64,000 nucleotides of DNA from Vicinamibacteria bacterium (GTDB lineage: Bacteria > Acidobacteriota > Vicinamibacteria > Marinacidobacterales > Marinacidobacteraceae): NCBI GenBank assembly GCA_964291235.2, contig OZ219816.1, positions 704,001-768,000 of the forward strand, read 5' to 3'. The stretch's first letter is position 1; each line of letters begins with the position of its first letter. The translations under genes and the position numbers were made by a program. Below are positions 20,974-31,105 of this stretch, piece after piece. The notes under the pieces are model-generated. The model was not told the origin of the DNA, ran no database searches, and was given only the letters and a program-made list of their open reading frames with translations.

Positions 20974-21447
20974 ATGGCTCCACGCGTTGCCCGGGATTCC
21001 GCCCTGGCGCTGCTTTCCGACCACCACCAGCGCGCCCTGGCGCTGGCGGTGCTGATCGATCGCAAGCTCAAGGGTGCTCCGGCGGCCGCCCAGGTGGACG
21101 AACTGGCGGAGCAGGTTGTCCGCTTCGCCGAAGAGAACCTGTTCAGCCATCTTGAGATCACGGAGGCGTTGGTGTTTCCCAGCCTGCAGAGGCTCCTCGA
21201 TTCCAGCCAACTGATTGATGGCCTGCTGGCCGATCACGAGGCCCTCCGGAGTTGTGTCGGGAGTCTGGCGGCGGCGCAAGGCGAACGGCGGGCAAGTCTG
21301 CTGAAGGGATTCGGAGAGTTGCTTCGGCGCCACATCCACACGGAAGAACGCTCCGTCTTCGCAACTCTCCGAACCCGGCTGGACGATTCTCGGCGCGAGG
21401 AGCTTGGCCGTCGGATTGCCGAGGCCCTGAGAGCGCGCCGAGCCTAG
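20974..21447 (+). CDS. Hemerythrin-like (HHE) domain protein, paralog 1
   Basis: LSDHHQRAL, HLEITE, DH, HIHTEE. Confidence 0.75.
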   Translation: MAPRVARDSALALLSDHHQRALALAVLIDRKLKGAPAAAQVDELAEQVVRFAEENLFSHLEITEALVFPSLQRLLDSSQLIDGLLADHEALRSCVGSLAAAQGERRASLLKGFGELLRRHIHTEERSVFATLRTRLDDSRREELGRRIAEALRARRA

Positions 21448-21665
21448 CAGCCTGTGGTGAAACCCCCGTGAGCGCCGAGAGTGGCGAGGCCCAGTTCTCC
21501 CGGTGGGGCCAGTTCTCCCGGTGGGGGCCCGGCTGACAAGGCGCGTGAGGGAGGAATACCGGGTGTATTTCGACCGAAACGCAACGCAGAGCGCCTCTTA
21601 GAGGCGCGGTTCAGACGGGATGCATCGCCGCTCAAACGCCGCGGGGGTTTTGCCACAGGCTGCTA
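21445..21665. mobile_element. MITE-like element, copy 2, with internal 18-bp tandem duplication
   Basis: TAGCAGCCTGTGG...CCACAGGCTGCTA ends; core GACAAGGCGCGTGAGGGAGGAATACC; CCAGTTCTCCCGGTGGGG present twice. Confidence 0.8.
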
Positions 21666-21759
21666 AGGGCGGACCGCTTCCACCTCCGGCTGACCGGGCG
21701 CCTTGGGGCCGGCACGGCGGCACGTAGCGCCGCGGGCGGTTCCTCGCCGCTCGCGCCCA

Positions 21760-21912
21760 CGGGGTCCCCTCCGAGAGAGGGAGCCATCCCGGCCAGCCAG
21801 GTCCGTCCCGCCGCCCGCCTACGGCGGGCTGTGCCGGCCTGGAGGCCGGCGTTCCCGTGCCTTTCCGACATCAAGGCTGGTGGGGTTCCCGCCGAGAGGG
21901 GAACCATCCTGC
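21760..21912 (-). repeat. REP/BIME-like unit
   Basis: GGGCTGTGCCGGCCTGGAGGCCGGCGTTCC and CGACATCAAGGCTGGTGGGG...GAGAGGGGAACC are the reverse complement of the 188-bp unit at 42836. Confidence 0.75.
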
Positions 21913-21961
21913 GTCGATCTCTGCGGCGGAAGTATGAGAAATCCCGGCTAGAGTGGGGGTC

Positions 21962-22468
21962 ATGGCTCCCCAATCCCTGCATCGCGATCCGAGTCTCATC
22001 CCGCTGTCCCACCAGCACCAGCACGGGCTCGCGATCACGGTCCTGATCGACCGCGGCTTGCGGGCGGAGCCGACCCGAGAGAAGGGGCTGGAACTCGCGG
22101 AAAAAGTGGCGCGCCTGGCCGAAGTGGAACTACTCGGGCACTTCGAGGTGGAAGAACGGGTGTTGTTTCCGGCGGTGCGTCCGTTCCTGGACTCCGGAGA
22201 CCTGATCGACCGCCTGGTGTCCGAACACCGGGTCATGGAAGACCTGGTGCGCCGCATTGCGGAAGCGGGAGACGAGGAACGCCCCTCCCTCCTCAAGGAG
22301 TTCGGGGAGATGCTTCACCGCCACATACGCGCCGAAGAGCGCCAGTTGTTCCAGCAAATCCAGGCGCGGTTGGACGAATCGCAGCTCGCGGAACTCGGCC
22401 GGGAGATCGACAAGAGGGTGCAGGCGGCCTGTCCGCTCACCGACCGGCTCCCCTGGGCGGGTTCCTAG
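21962..22468 (+). CDS. Hemerythrin-like (HHE) domain protein, paralog 2
   Basis: RDPSLIPLSHQHQHGL, HFEVEE, EH, HIRAEE. Confidence 0.85.
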   Translation: MAPQSLHRDPSLIPLSHQHQHGLAITVLIDRGLRAEPTREKGLELAEKVARLAEVELLGHFEVEERVLFPAVRPFLDSGDLIDRLVSEHRVMEDLVRRIAEAGDEERPSLLKEFGEMLHRHIRAEERQLFQQIQARLDESQLAELGREIDKRVQAACPLTDRLPWAGS

Positions 22469-22548
22469 CAGCCTGTGGCAAAACCCACGCGGCCCGGTTC
22501 TCCCGGTGGGGGCCTCGGCGCTCACCTGGGTTTCACCACCGGCTGCCA
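22466..22548. mobile_element. Internally deleted MITE copy 3, inverted relative to copy 2
   Basis: Left end TAGCAGCCTGTGGCAAAACC; right end CTCGGCGCTCAC..GGGTTTCACCAC.GGCTGC is the reverse complement of the left end of copy 2. Confidence 0.7.
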
Positions 22549-22691
22549 GCGCCACGACCGGAAGAATCCCGCGGACGGGGACCTGCCCCGTGGTACCCTC
22601 CGGCCCCTGATGCAACTCGACGAATCCGCCCAACCTCCGGAACCCACCCGGAGACCCGTCCCCGTCGAGGTGCGCCCTTCCGGTATTCGCC

Positions 22692-24050
22692 ATGGTTCTC
22701 ACCAAGACCCCGCTGCTCGCGGAAACGGTGCGCAAACTGGTGTCCCGGGGGGCCTTCGCTAACGCACACCGCATCCTCGAAAAGCTGCATCCGGCGGATG
22801 TGGCGCAGGTGCTCGCCGACCTGCCGGACGCGTACCGACTGAAGACGTTTCGGGTCGTTTTTCAGCGGGATCTGAATCTGGCTGCCGCCGCGCTCGGGGA
22901 AATCGGGGTCGAGCGGGGCGGGGATCTGATCATCCGGCTCGAGCCACCGGAAATTTCGCACCTCCTGCAGGAACTCGATCCCGACGACGCCGCGGAGTTC
23001 CTGAGCGAACTCCCCGAGGAGCTGCGCGAGCAGGTCCTCCGGGGAATGCGGACCCGCGAGGCGTCCGACGTCGAGGATCTCCTCCAGTACCCGGAGGAAA
23101 CCGCCGGGCGCATCATGAGTCCGAAGGTGTTCTCGGTCCTGGAGGACACCACCATCGGCGAGACCATCGCGCGCCTCCAGGAGTCCCCCGACGTGGAGAT
23201 GGTCTTCTACATCTACGTGGTGGACAGCCACGGGACTCTGGTGGGGGTGCTCTCGCTGCGCCAGCTCCTGCAGCGCCGGCCGGAGGCGTCGCTTTCGGAG
23301 GTCATGGTGACTGACGTGCTGCGCGTGCGTACCGAGATGGACCAGGAGGAAGTTGCCCAGTTGGTGGCCAGCTATAACATTCTTGCGGTCCCGGTGGTGA
23401 ACCAGCAGGGAAAACTGGTCGGCGTCATCACCGTGGACGACGTCATCGACGTCATCAAGGAAGAGGCTACCGAGGACATGTACCGGATGGCCGGCCTCGG
23501 GGTTTCGGAGAGTGTCTTCACCAACGCCCGGCGCTCCATCCGGATGCGAATTCCCTGGCTCACGGTGAATCTCGCGACCGCGTTCCTCGCCGCCTGGGTG
23601 GTCAGCCTGTTCGAGGAGTCCATCGCGCGTTTCGCGATCCTCGCGGTGTTCATGCCGATGGTGCCCCTCCTGGGCGGAAACGCCGGCAACCAGACACTCA
23701 CCGTGATGGTGCGCGGAATTGCCCTTGGGGAACTGAGCTGGAAGAACAGCCGCCCGGCGCTGCTGAAGGAACTTGCGGTGGGTTCGGCCAACGGTCTGAT
23801 GATCGGCCTGCTCATCGCCGCGTTCGCGTGGCTGTGGAAAGGGGATCCCCGGATCGGTCTGGCGCTCGCGCTCGCGATGGTCGGCACCATGGTCGTGGCC
23901 GCGGTGGTTGGAACGCTGATGCCGCTTACGCTCCGCTGGCTCAAGGTCGATCCCGCGCTCGCGTCCTCGGTCTTCGTCACCACGGCGACCGACGTGTCGG
24001 GTTTCCTCCTGTTCCTCGGCATCGGGGTGACCGCACTCACGAATCTCTAG
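22692..24050 (+). CDS. mgtE: Magnesium transporter MgtE
   Basis: LHPADVA, CBS pair, GVITVDD, GGNAGNQ, DPALASSVFVTTATD. Confidence 0.95.
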   Translation: MVLTKTPLLAETVRKLVSRGAFANAHRILEKLHPADVAQVLADLPDAYRLKTFRVVFQRDLNLAAAALGEIGVERGGDLIIRLEPPEISHLLQELDPDDAAEFLSELPEELREQVLRGMRTREASDVEDLLQYPEETAGRIMSPKVFSVLEDTTIGETIARLQESPDVEMVFYIYVVDSHGTLVGVLSLRQLLQRRPEASLSEVMVTDVLRVRTEMDQEEVAQLVASYNILAVPVVNQQGKLVGVITVDDVIDVIKEEATEDMYRMAGLGVSESVFTNARRSIRMRIPWLTVNLATAFLAAWVVSLFEESIARFAILAVFMPMVPLLGGNAGNQTLTVMVRGIALGELSWKNSRPALLKELAVGSANGLMIGLLIAAFAWLWKGDPRIGLALALAMVGTMVVAAVVGTLMPLTLRWLKVDPALASSVFVTTATDVSGFLLFLGIGVTALTNL

Positions 24051-24178
24051 ATCGCGCGGGCGCGGATCTTCGGGCTCGGGCGACTCCTCGAACGACGAGA
24101 GGGTGTTGAGCGCTGGGAGAAATAGGGGAGGATTCTCCGAGCGTCCGTCTCCGGCTGCGCTCCCACCTTCGTACTCCG

Positions 24179-24955
24179 ATGCCGCTCAAGCATTCCCGCG
24201 TGTTCGTGCTCCGCACTTATGCGGTCGCCGAGGCCGACAAGGTCTGCGTGCTGTTCAGCGGGGACGAGGGGAAGGTCCGCGCCTGGGCGCGGGGAGCCCG
24301 GCGGCCCAAGTCGCGCTACGGGGGCGCGCTCGAAATCGGGAACGAGGTGGACGCCGGCTGGTTCGAACGGGAGGGCAGGGAACTGGTGAACCTCGACCGC
24401 TGTGAACTGGTCGTTTCCGCACTGCCCCTCGCCCGGGATCCGGTGCGGGCGGCGGCACTGGGCTACCTTTCCCGGCTCGTGGACACCTTCGCGCCCGACC
24501 GGGAAGCCGACCCCAGGCTCTACCGGTTGATCTCTGCCTGCCGCGACGCCCTGCTCGACGAGCGGCCCGCGGAACTCGTCGTGGCCTACTTCGAAGCCTG
24601 GCTGCTTCGCCTGTCCGGGTTGTACCCGCGCCCGGGCCGCTGCGCGTGCGGAGCGGCCTTCGACGACGGCGGGGCGGCCTTTTTTGCCTCCGGTCCGGTG
24701 TACGCGTGCTGCCGTTGCGCCGCGGCGCACGGCGAGCCGACCGCCCGGCTCTCGCTGGGCGCGCTCCGCTTGCTCGAGGCGTTCTGGGTAGCCCCGCCAT
24801 CCGCTTCCTTGCCGGACATCTCCGCAGCCGGGGAGCTGTTTCGTTTCCACGGCGGGCTCACCGCCGCCTTCGCCGAGCGGGCGTCGCCGGCCCGTCACGC
24901 GCTCGAGAGCATCCTCCGGTCCGGCGCCGTCGGTCTCGGAGAGGCCGCCCGATGA
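24179..24955 (+). CDS. recO: DNA repair protein RecO
   Basis: [23 protein letters not shown], Zn Cys motifs; precedes glyQS. Confidence 0.9.
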   Translation: MPLKHSRVFVLRTYAVAEADKVCVLFSGDEGKVRAWARGARRPKSRYGGALEIGNEVDAGWFEREGRELVNLDRCELVVSALPLARDPVRAAALGYLSRLVDTFAPDREADPRLYRLISACRDALLDERPAELVVAYFEAWLLRLSGLYPRPGRCACGAAFDDGGAAFFASGPVYACCRCAAAHGEPTARLSLGALRLLEAFWVAPPSASLPDISAAGELFRFHGGLTAAFAERASPARHALESILRSGAVGLGEAAR

Positions 24956-25791
24956 CGTTCCAGGACCTGATCGCCAAGCTGTCCGGCTTCTGGGCTGCAC
25001 AGGGGGCGGTCGTCGCGCAGCCGTACGACATGGAAATGGGCGCCGGGACCATGCATCCGGAAACCTTCTTCCGGGTTCTCGGCCCCACCCCCTGGAAGGT
25101 TGTCTATGTGCAACCCTCGCGTCGGCCCGCCGACGGACGTTACGGCGAGAACCCGAACCGGCTTTACAAGCACCACCAGCTCCAGCTCATCCTGAAACCC
25201 GCACCCCAGAACATCCAGGATCTCTATCTGGCGAGCCTCGCGGCCTGCGGGGTGAATGCCGCCCAGCACGATCTCCGGTTCGAGGAGGACAACTGGGCCG
25301 CGCCGACCCTTGGAGCGTGGGGTGTCGGATGGCAGGTCGTGCTCGACGGGCTCGAGATCAGCCAGTTCACGTACTTCCAGCAGGCGGGGGGAATCGAACT
25401 CGCTCCCATCTCGGTCGAGATCACCTACGGGCTGGAACGTCTGGCCATGTACCTACAGGACGTGGACGACGTGTATGACCTCGAATGGACGAAGGGAGTG
25501 GACTACCGCACGGTGCGGCTCGCGGACGAGCGGCAGTCGTCGCGCTATGCGTTCGAGGAGGCGGACACCGCGGTGCTCAACCGCAATTTCGACGAAGCGA
25601 TCACCGAGGGGACGCGATTGATCGACGACGGGCTGGTGCTTCCGGGCTACGAACAATGTCTCCGGGCTTCCCACCTCTTCAACCTGCTGGACGCCCGCGG
25701 CGCGGTGTCGGTCAGCGACCGCCCGAGCCGCATCCTGGCGGTACGCGGTCTGGCGACGGCGGCCGCGAGCCGCTACCTCGACGACCAATGA
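24952..25791 (+). CDS. glyQ: Glycine--tRNA ligase alpha subunit
   Basis: [36 protein letters not shown]. Confidence 0.97.
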   Translation: MTFQDLIAKLSGFWAAQGAVVAQPYDMEMGAGTMHPETFFRVLGPTPWKVVYVQPSRRPADGRYGENPNRLYKHHQLQLILKPAPQNIQDLYLASLAACGVNAAQHDLRFEEDNWAAPTLGAWGVGWQVVLDGLEISQFTYFQQAGGIELAPISVEITYGLERLAMYLQDVDDVYDLEWTKGVDYRTVRLADERQSSRYAFEEADTAVLNRNFDEAITEGTRLIDDGLVLPGYEQCLRASHLFNLLDARGAVSVSDRPSRILAVRGLATAAASRYLDDQ

Positions 25792-27944
25792 CCGGTACGG
25801 ACCTCCTCATCGAGATCGGGTGCGAGGAGATTCCCGCCCACTGGGTGGAAGGCCTGACGGAGGGATTCGAAGAAGCGGTTTCCGCGGGGCTGGAGCGGGA
25901 GCGGCTGGCGGCGGCGACGATCGAGTCCCACGGCACGCTCCGCCGCCTGGCCGTCCACGCCACCGGCATTCCGGAAGCTCAACCGGATCAGGTCCGTGAG
26001 CTCCTGGGTCCGCCATGGCGGGTAGCGAAGGACGCCGAGGGCGGGTGGAGCCGCGCGGCGGCCGGCTTTGCCGGTCGCCACGGCATCGGGGAGGCCGACT
26101 TCGAGGAGCGACTTCGGCCGGTGGAAACGGCCCGCGGCCAATACCTGGGGATCCGCCAGGTTGTCCCCGGGCAGCCGGCGATCGACATCCTGCCCGGGAT
26201 TCTGGCGACCGCTCTCGGGTCGGTCCCCCTTCCGAAGGCGATGAACTGGGATGCCTCCATCGCGGGTACATCGTTTGCCTTCGTCCGCCCCATCCGCTGG
26301 TTGGTGGCGGTCTTCGGGGCGGAGGTCGTTCCCTTCCGGATCGAGGTGACGGGAGGCGCCCCGGTGGTCGCGGGGAACCGGAGCTTTGGCCATCGGGCAC
26401 GGACGACGATCGCCGGGGAAGCCCCGGGTGCCTCGTTCGCGGTGGATTCGCTTGGGGGACTCCGCGACGGGCTGCGCAGCCGCTGCGTCGTCCTGAACGA
26501 ACAGGAACGGAAACAGCAGTTGGTCGAGGCGCTCGGGCGCTGTGAGGACGAGGCGGGCGAGGGCGCCGAAGTCGGCGCCGCGACCGACATTCACAAGAAC
26601 CTGGTGGAATATCCGGGAGCAGTCCTGGGCGGTTTCCCGGAAGAGTTCCTCTCCTTGCCGAAGCAGATCCGCGACACCGTCCTCATCCATCACCAGAAGT
26701 ACTTCCCATTTCCACAGAAGCCGCTCTTCATCGCGGTGACCAACCTGCCGGACGACCCGGAAGGCCACGTCCGGCGCGGCGCCGAACGGGTGGTCGTGGC
26801 CCGGTTCCGGGATGCCCGTTTCTTCTGGGACGAAGACCGAAAGGCCCGGTTGGCCGGCAGCCGCGACCGGTTGGCGGGGGTGGTCTTCCACCGGCGGCTC
26901 GGCAGTTTCCTCGACAAGGCGCACCGGATGGAGCGGCTGGCGGAGTGGATCGCCGACTCCGTGGAAGCGGACTCCAGCGCCGCCTCCCAGGCTGCGGGGC
27001 TCGCCAAGTGCGATCTCACGACCAACCTGGTCGGGGAGTTCGCTTCACTCCAGGGCGTCGTCGGCGGACTCCTCCTGCGCGAGGAGGGAGTTCCAGACAC
27101 CGTCTGGCAGGCGGTTCACGACCACTACCGACCGGCGGGACTTGACGGTGAACTTCCGCGAAGCCCCGAAGGGGCCGCGGTTTCGCTGGCCGACCGCGCC
27201 GACACCCTCGCCGGGTTGTTTCTGGCCGGCGAACAGCCCTCGGGTTCCGGCGATCCCTTCGCTCTGCGGCGCGCGGCGCTCTCGATGATCCGGGTGCTGC
27301 GGGACGCGCCGCGGGAGTATCCCGGCCACCGGGACCGCTGGCCCGCACCTCAGGCCCTGCTGGACCGGGCCCTTGCGGGATATGAGCCGGATGAGGAGGC
27401 GCGCGCCGCGACCGCCGCGAAGCTCCTCGCCTTCGTCGGCGACCGGTTGCCGCACGCTTTCGGAAGTGCCGCCACCCCCGGGGGGGTAGTGAACGCGGTG
27501 CTGGCGATCCGGGCCGCCGCCCACCCGGTAGCCGACACCTCGCAGCGGATCCGGGATCTCTCGGCGGCCGTGGTTTCCGGGGACTACACAACCCTCGCGG
27601 AGGCTTCGCGGCGGGTCCGGCGCATCCTGCCGCCCGAAATCCGGGAGGGAAGAGGCGCCGGGCTGGCCCCCGGGCTACTCACCGAGCCGGCGGAACAACG
27701 ACTCTACGCACGGCTTGAGGAGGTAGAGGCGGAGGTCCGGCGCCGCTTCGCCGAGACGCAGTATTTCCCGGCGTTCCAGGCGCTTGCCACCCTCGCCCCC
27801 GCCATCGCAACTTTCTTCGACGATGTACTGGTCATGGCGGACGATCCCGAGATTCGCGGAAACCGGCTGGCGCTGCTCGCCCGGCTGGACGCCCTGTTCC
27901 AGGAGGTCGGAGATCTGAGCCAGATCGAGTCGTCGGCGTCGTGA
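25788..27944 (+). CDS. glyS: Glycine--tRNA ligase beta subunit
   Basis: [54 protein letters not shown]. Confidence 0.95.
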   Translation: MTGTDLLIEIGCEEIPAHWVEGLTEGFEEAVSAGLERERLAAATIESHGTLRRLAVHATGIPEAQPDQVRELLGPPWRVAKDAEGGWSRAAAGFAGRHGIGEADFEERLRPVETARGQYLGIRQVVPGQPAIDILPGILATALGSVPLPKAMNWDASIAGTSFAFVRPIRWLVAVFGAEVVPFRIEVTGGAPVVAGNRSFGHRARTTIAGEAPGASFAVDSLGGLRDGLRSRCVVLNEQERKQQLVEALGRCEDEAGEGAEVGAATDIHKNLVEYPGAVLGGFPEEFLSLPKQIRDTVLIHHQKYFPFPQKPLFIAVTNLPDDPEGHVRRGAERVVVARFRDARFFWDEDRKARLAGSRDRLAGVVFHRRLGSFLDKAHRMERLAEWIADSVEADSSAASQAAGLAKCDLTTNLVGEFASLQGVVGGLLLREEGVPDTVWQAVHDHYRPAGLDGELPRSPEGAAVSLADRADTLAGLFLAGEQPSGSGDPFALRRAALSMIRVLRDAPREYPGHRDRWPAPQALLDRALAGYEPDEEARAATAAKLLAFVGDRLPHAFGSAATPGGVVNAVLAIRAAAHPVADTSQRIRDLSAAVVSGDYTTLAEASRRVRRILPPEIREGRGAGLAPGLLTEPAEQRLYARLEEVEAEVRRRFAETQYFPAFQALATLAPAIATFFDDVLVMADDPEIRGNRLALLARLDALFQEVGDLSQIESSAS

Positions 27945-28306
27945 GGGCTGGATGTGACAACCATTTCGCTGGCCTCCGGCCAGCGGTGCCGGACCCGACG
28001 AGATGGACCGGGGCCTCATTGCTGTGCACGTCGCGTCGAGATGATCCACTGCCGACCGCGCGGAAGACCAATGGCAGCGAACTCTGTTCGCTGTCGGCGG
28101 TTCCGGGGGAAAGTGTGAAAGGGGGGAGTCCCCCCTTTCACAAGAAGAAAACGACGAATCGGGACTTGCCGCCGCGCGCACCCGGCGCGCAAGGAAGTCT
28201 CGATTCGCGGCGCGAAGCGCCGGGCGGTCTTTGGACGGAGCCTCAACACAATCGGCGATAGCAGTTCGAACAACTCCACTCCATGGCTCCGTCCAAAGAC
28301 CGCTCG
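27945..28306. other. Multi-hairpin structured intergenic region preceding mutL
   Basis: Several stem-loops (e.g. GTGAAAGGGGGGA/TCCCCCCTTTCAC) and a 19-bp perfect inverted repeat, 28224-28242 versus 28285-28303. Confidence 0.5.
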
Positions 28307-30094
28307 AGGATTCACCGGCTGTCGGCGGCGGTCGCTAACCAGATTGCTGCCGGGGAGGTCGTGGAACGGCCGGCCGCGGTCGTCCGGGAACTCGTCGAAA
28401 ACTCGATCGACGCGGGCGCCACGACGATTTCGGTGCGCGTCAAGGGCGCCGGCCGCACCGAGATCCGGGTGGGCGACGACGGGATGGGCATGACCCGCGA
28501 GGACGCGCGGCTGGCGCTCGAGCGGCACGCCACCAGCAAGATCGAGTCGGTGGACGACCTCACCGCCATCGGATCGCTCGGTTTCCGCGGTGAGGCATTG
28601 CCCTCGATCGCGTCGGTCTCCCGGTTCCGGTTGCGCACCCGGCCAGCAGGGGCGGAATCCGGCTGGGAGATCGAGGTCGAAGGGGGGGCGACCATCTCCG
28701 ACCGGCCGGCCGGAATGCGCCCGGGGACCGTGGTGGAAGTCCGGGACCTCTTCTTCAACACCCCGGCGCGGCGCAAGTTCTTGCGAGCGGAGCGGACCGA
28801 GGCCTCCTACATCGTCCAGGCCGTGTCGAATCTCGCCCTCGCCTGGCCGCAGATCCGCTTTGAACTGGTGAGCGGAGACCGCCAGGTGCTCGCCCTCGAA
28901 CCGGGCGGTGACACGGTGGAGCGGCTCCAGCAACTCGAACCCCGCTGGGCCCGGGACGCCATTCCGATCGAGGCCAGCGCCGGAACCCTCGGAGTCCGCG
29001 CTTTCCTCTCGCCGCCCATGGCGCCGCGCGGCGCTTCCTCGCGGCTGCTTCTCTACGTGAACGGGCGGCCCATCAAGGACCGCCGGCTGTTTCACGGGGT
29101 CACCGAGGCGTACCGACGGCTTTCGAGTCTGAGCGGCACGCCGAAGGCCTACGTTTTTCTCGAAGCGCCGCCGGACATGGTGGACGTGAATGTGCATCCG
29201 GCAAAGGCGGAGGTGCGGTTCGCGGATCCGGAAGCGGCCTGGGGCGCTGTCTTCCGGACCGTGCGCGCGGCGATCGAGGGTTCTCCGAAGCGGGTGGACC
29301 TGGGGCCAACGGGCGGGGGGGCCACGGGCGGGAGCCGCCCGGCCACGCGACCCGGCCGCGCCATGGGGTTGGCTCCCGCCGGCGCCGACGGCGCCGGGAC
29401 AAGCGACTCGGCCCCCGCGCAATCCCAGCCCGGCGCCTGGGACGGGAAAGCGGTGGGGGAACTGCTCTACGGCGCCGACGGGGTCGCGGAACAAACCCGG
29501 GCCGGCTACCTGGACTTCGGCGCGACTCCCCCCCGGGTGCTCGGCCAATTCCGGCGCACCTACATCCTCGCGGAGGAGCGCTCCGAACTGCTTGTCGTGG
29601 ACCAGCACGCCGCCGACGAGCGGGTGATCTTCAACCGTTTGATGGAGGAGTCGAGCCGGCCCCGTACCCAGGAGCTCCTGCAGCCGGTCCCCCTCGAACT
29701 TTCTCCCGTGGAACGCGCGGCACTGACCGGCGAGCACGAGCGGCTGGCGGCGGCCGGCTTCGACGTCGAACCCTTCGGCGGCGACTCGTGGATTCTCCGC
29801 GGAGTGCCGGAAGTGCTCGGCGTTGGCCGCGGCCTCGATGTCCTCATGCGCTCGCTTGCATCCGAGGAAAGCGAATGCGCGGCGAGTGCCGCCCACGATG
29901 CCCGCGCCCGGATCATGGCGCGGGTGGCGTGCCACGCCGCGGTGACCGCCGGAGTGACGCTCACGACCGAGCGCCTGAGCGCGGTGCTCGGTTCCCTCTG
30001 GGGAACGACAAACCCCTCCACCTGTCCGCACGGACGTCCCACGGTGATGCGGCTTGACCTGCCGTTCATCGAACGGCGCTTCGGCCGTAGTTGA
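28283..30094 (+). CDS. mutL: DNA mismatch repair protein MutL
   Basis: NQIAAGEVVERP, HATSK, GFRGEAL, DVNVHPAKAEV, DQHAADER, ACHAA, CPHGRP. Confidence 0.97.
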   Translation: MAPSKDRSRIHRLSAAVANQIAAGEVVERPAAVVRELVENSIDAGATTISVRVKGAGRTEIRVGDDGMGMTREDARLALERHATSKIESVDDLTAIGSLGFRGEALPSIASVSRFRLRTRPAGAESGWEIEVEGGATISDRPAGMRPGTVVEVRDLFFNTPARRKFLRAERTEASYIVQAVSNLALAWPQIRFELVSGDRQVLALEPGGDTVERLQQLEPRWARDAIPIEASAGTLGVRAFLSPPMAPRGASSRLLLYVNGRPIKDRRLFHGVTEAYRRLSSLSGTPKAYVFLEAPPDMVDVNVHPAKAEVRFADPEAAWGAVFRTVRAAIEGSPKRVDLGPTGGGATGGSRPATRPGRAMGLAPAGADGAGTSDSAPAQSQPGAWDGKAVGELLYGADGVAEQTRAGYLDFGATPPRVLGQFRRTYILAEERSELLVVDQHAADERVIFNRLMEESSRPRTQELLQPVPLELSPVERAALTGEHERLAAAGFDVEPFGGDSWILRGVPEVLGVGRGLDVLMRSLASEESECAASAAHDARARIMARVACHAAVTAGVTLTTERLSAVLGSLWGTTNPSTCPHGRPTVMRLDLPFIERRFGRS

Positions 30095-30095
30095 G

Positions 30096-30332
30096 ATGGT
30101 GAAGCAAAAACCCCGGAAGGAACCGCTGCCCACCGCGGTGACGCTGGCGTGGATTCGCTACTTTGCCGGGCGCACCCTGATGATGGTGGGCATGCTGGTG
30201 GTGACCGGGGCGGCCGCGCTTTTCTTCGGCGCCGACGCCGAGCGTCGGATGCTCGTCTTCACCGGAACGGGAGCGCTGTTATTCGGTGCCGGTTGGTTGC
30301 TCTCCAGAAAGCGCCCTCCGGAAGCGCGCTGA
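30096..30332 (+). CDS. Small two-TM membrane protein
   Basis: ATG 2 bp after the mutL stop; two hydrophobic segments. Confidence 0.6.
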   Translation: MVKQKPRKEPLPTAVTLAWIRYFAGRTLMMVGMLVVTGAAALFFGADAERRMLVFTGTGALLFGAGWLLSRKRPPEAR

Positions 30333-30352
30333 CCCGCGCTGGCGGAGCTGCT

Positions 30353-30537
30353 TAACAGTCTGTGGTGAAACGCACGCGAGCACCGAGACGAGTGAGGCGC
30401 CCGGCTGACAAGGCGCGTGAGGGAGGAATACCGGGTGTATTTCGACCGAAACGCAACGATGAGCGCCTCGCAGAGGCGCAGTTCAGCCGGGATGCATCGC
30501 TCGTCGAATGCCGCGTGGGTTTTGCCACAGGCTGTTA
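30353..30537. mobile_element. MITE-like element, copy 4
   Basis: TAACAGTCTGTGG...CCACAGGCTGTTA ends with TTAA at both junctions; same core as copies 1 and 2. Confidence 0.8.
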
Positions 30538-30972
30538 ACCCCCGATGCCGTCGGCCGTAAAGAAGCTCACCACCGATTCGAGTGCTTCTTTCTCTTCATC
30601 CAGTTTGTGCTTCAGCACCCGGCGCACCGTCGCAATGCCGACCACTTCGTCGCCGTCCATGACCGGGAGGTGCCGGAAGTGATTGGACACCATGATTTCA
30701 AGCGCCTGCTCGAGCGACGTGTCCGGAGTGATGGTGACCGGCTCGGTGGTCATCGCGTCTCCGACCACCGTGGTCTCCGGATCCCGATGCTGGGCCACCA
30801 CCCGGGTCATGAGGTCGCGCTCGGTGAAGATCCCGGCGAGGGTCCCGTCCGCGTTCATGACGGCGGCCGCCCCCGTACGGTTGCGGACCATGGCCTGCAC
30901 CGTCGCACAGATGGTTTCATCCGGGGCAACCCGGGTTGCGGGCCGGTGACTGATCTTGAGCAGCGGGTCCAT
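30535..30972 (-). CDS. CBS domain protein
   Basis: GIFTERD, MTTEP, FRHLPV CBS pair. Confidence 0.9.
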   Translation of the reverse strand: MDPLLKISHRPATRVAPDETICATVQAMVRNRTGAAAVMNADGTLAGIFTERDLMTRVVAQHRDPETTVVGDAMTTEPVTITPDTSLEQALEIMVSNHFRHLPVMDGDEVVGIATVRRVLKHKLDEEKEALESVVSFFTADGIGG

Positions 30973-31105
30973 GACTTTGTCCTTCGATGATCGCGGTTAC
31001 GAAGCGGCAAGTTTCGCAAAAGGCGGGCACGATGGCAATTTTCGCCTCCGGCAGGCGAGGAACGGAACACAATTCCCTGCCCGACCGTCGGGTTGATTAG
31101 ATTCC

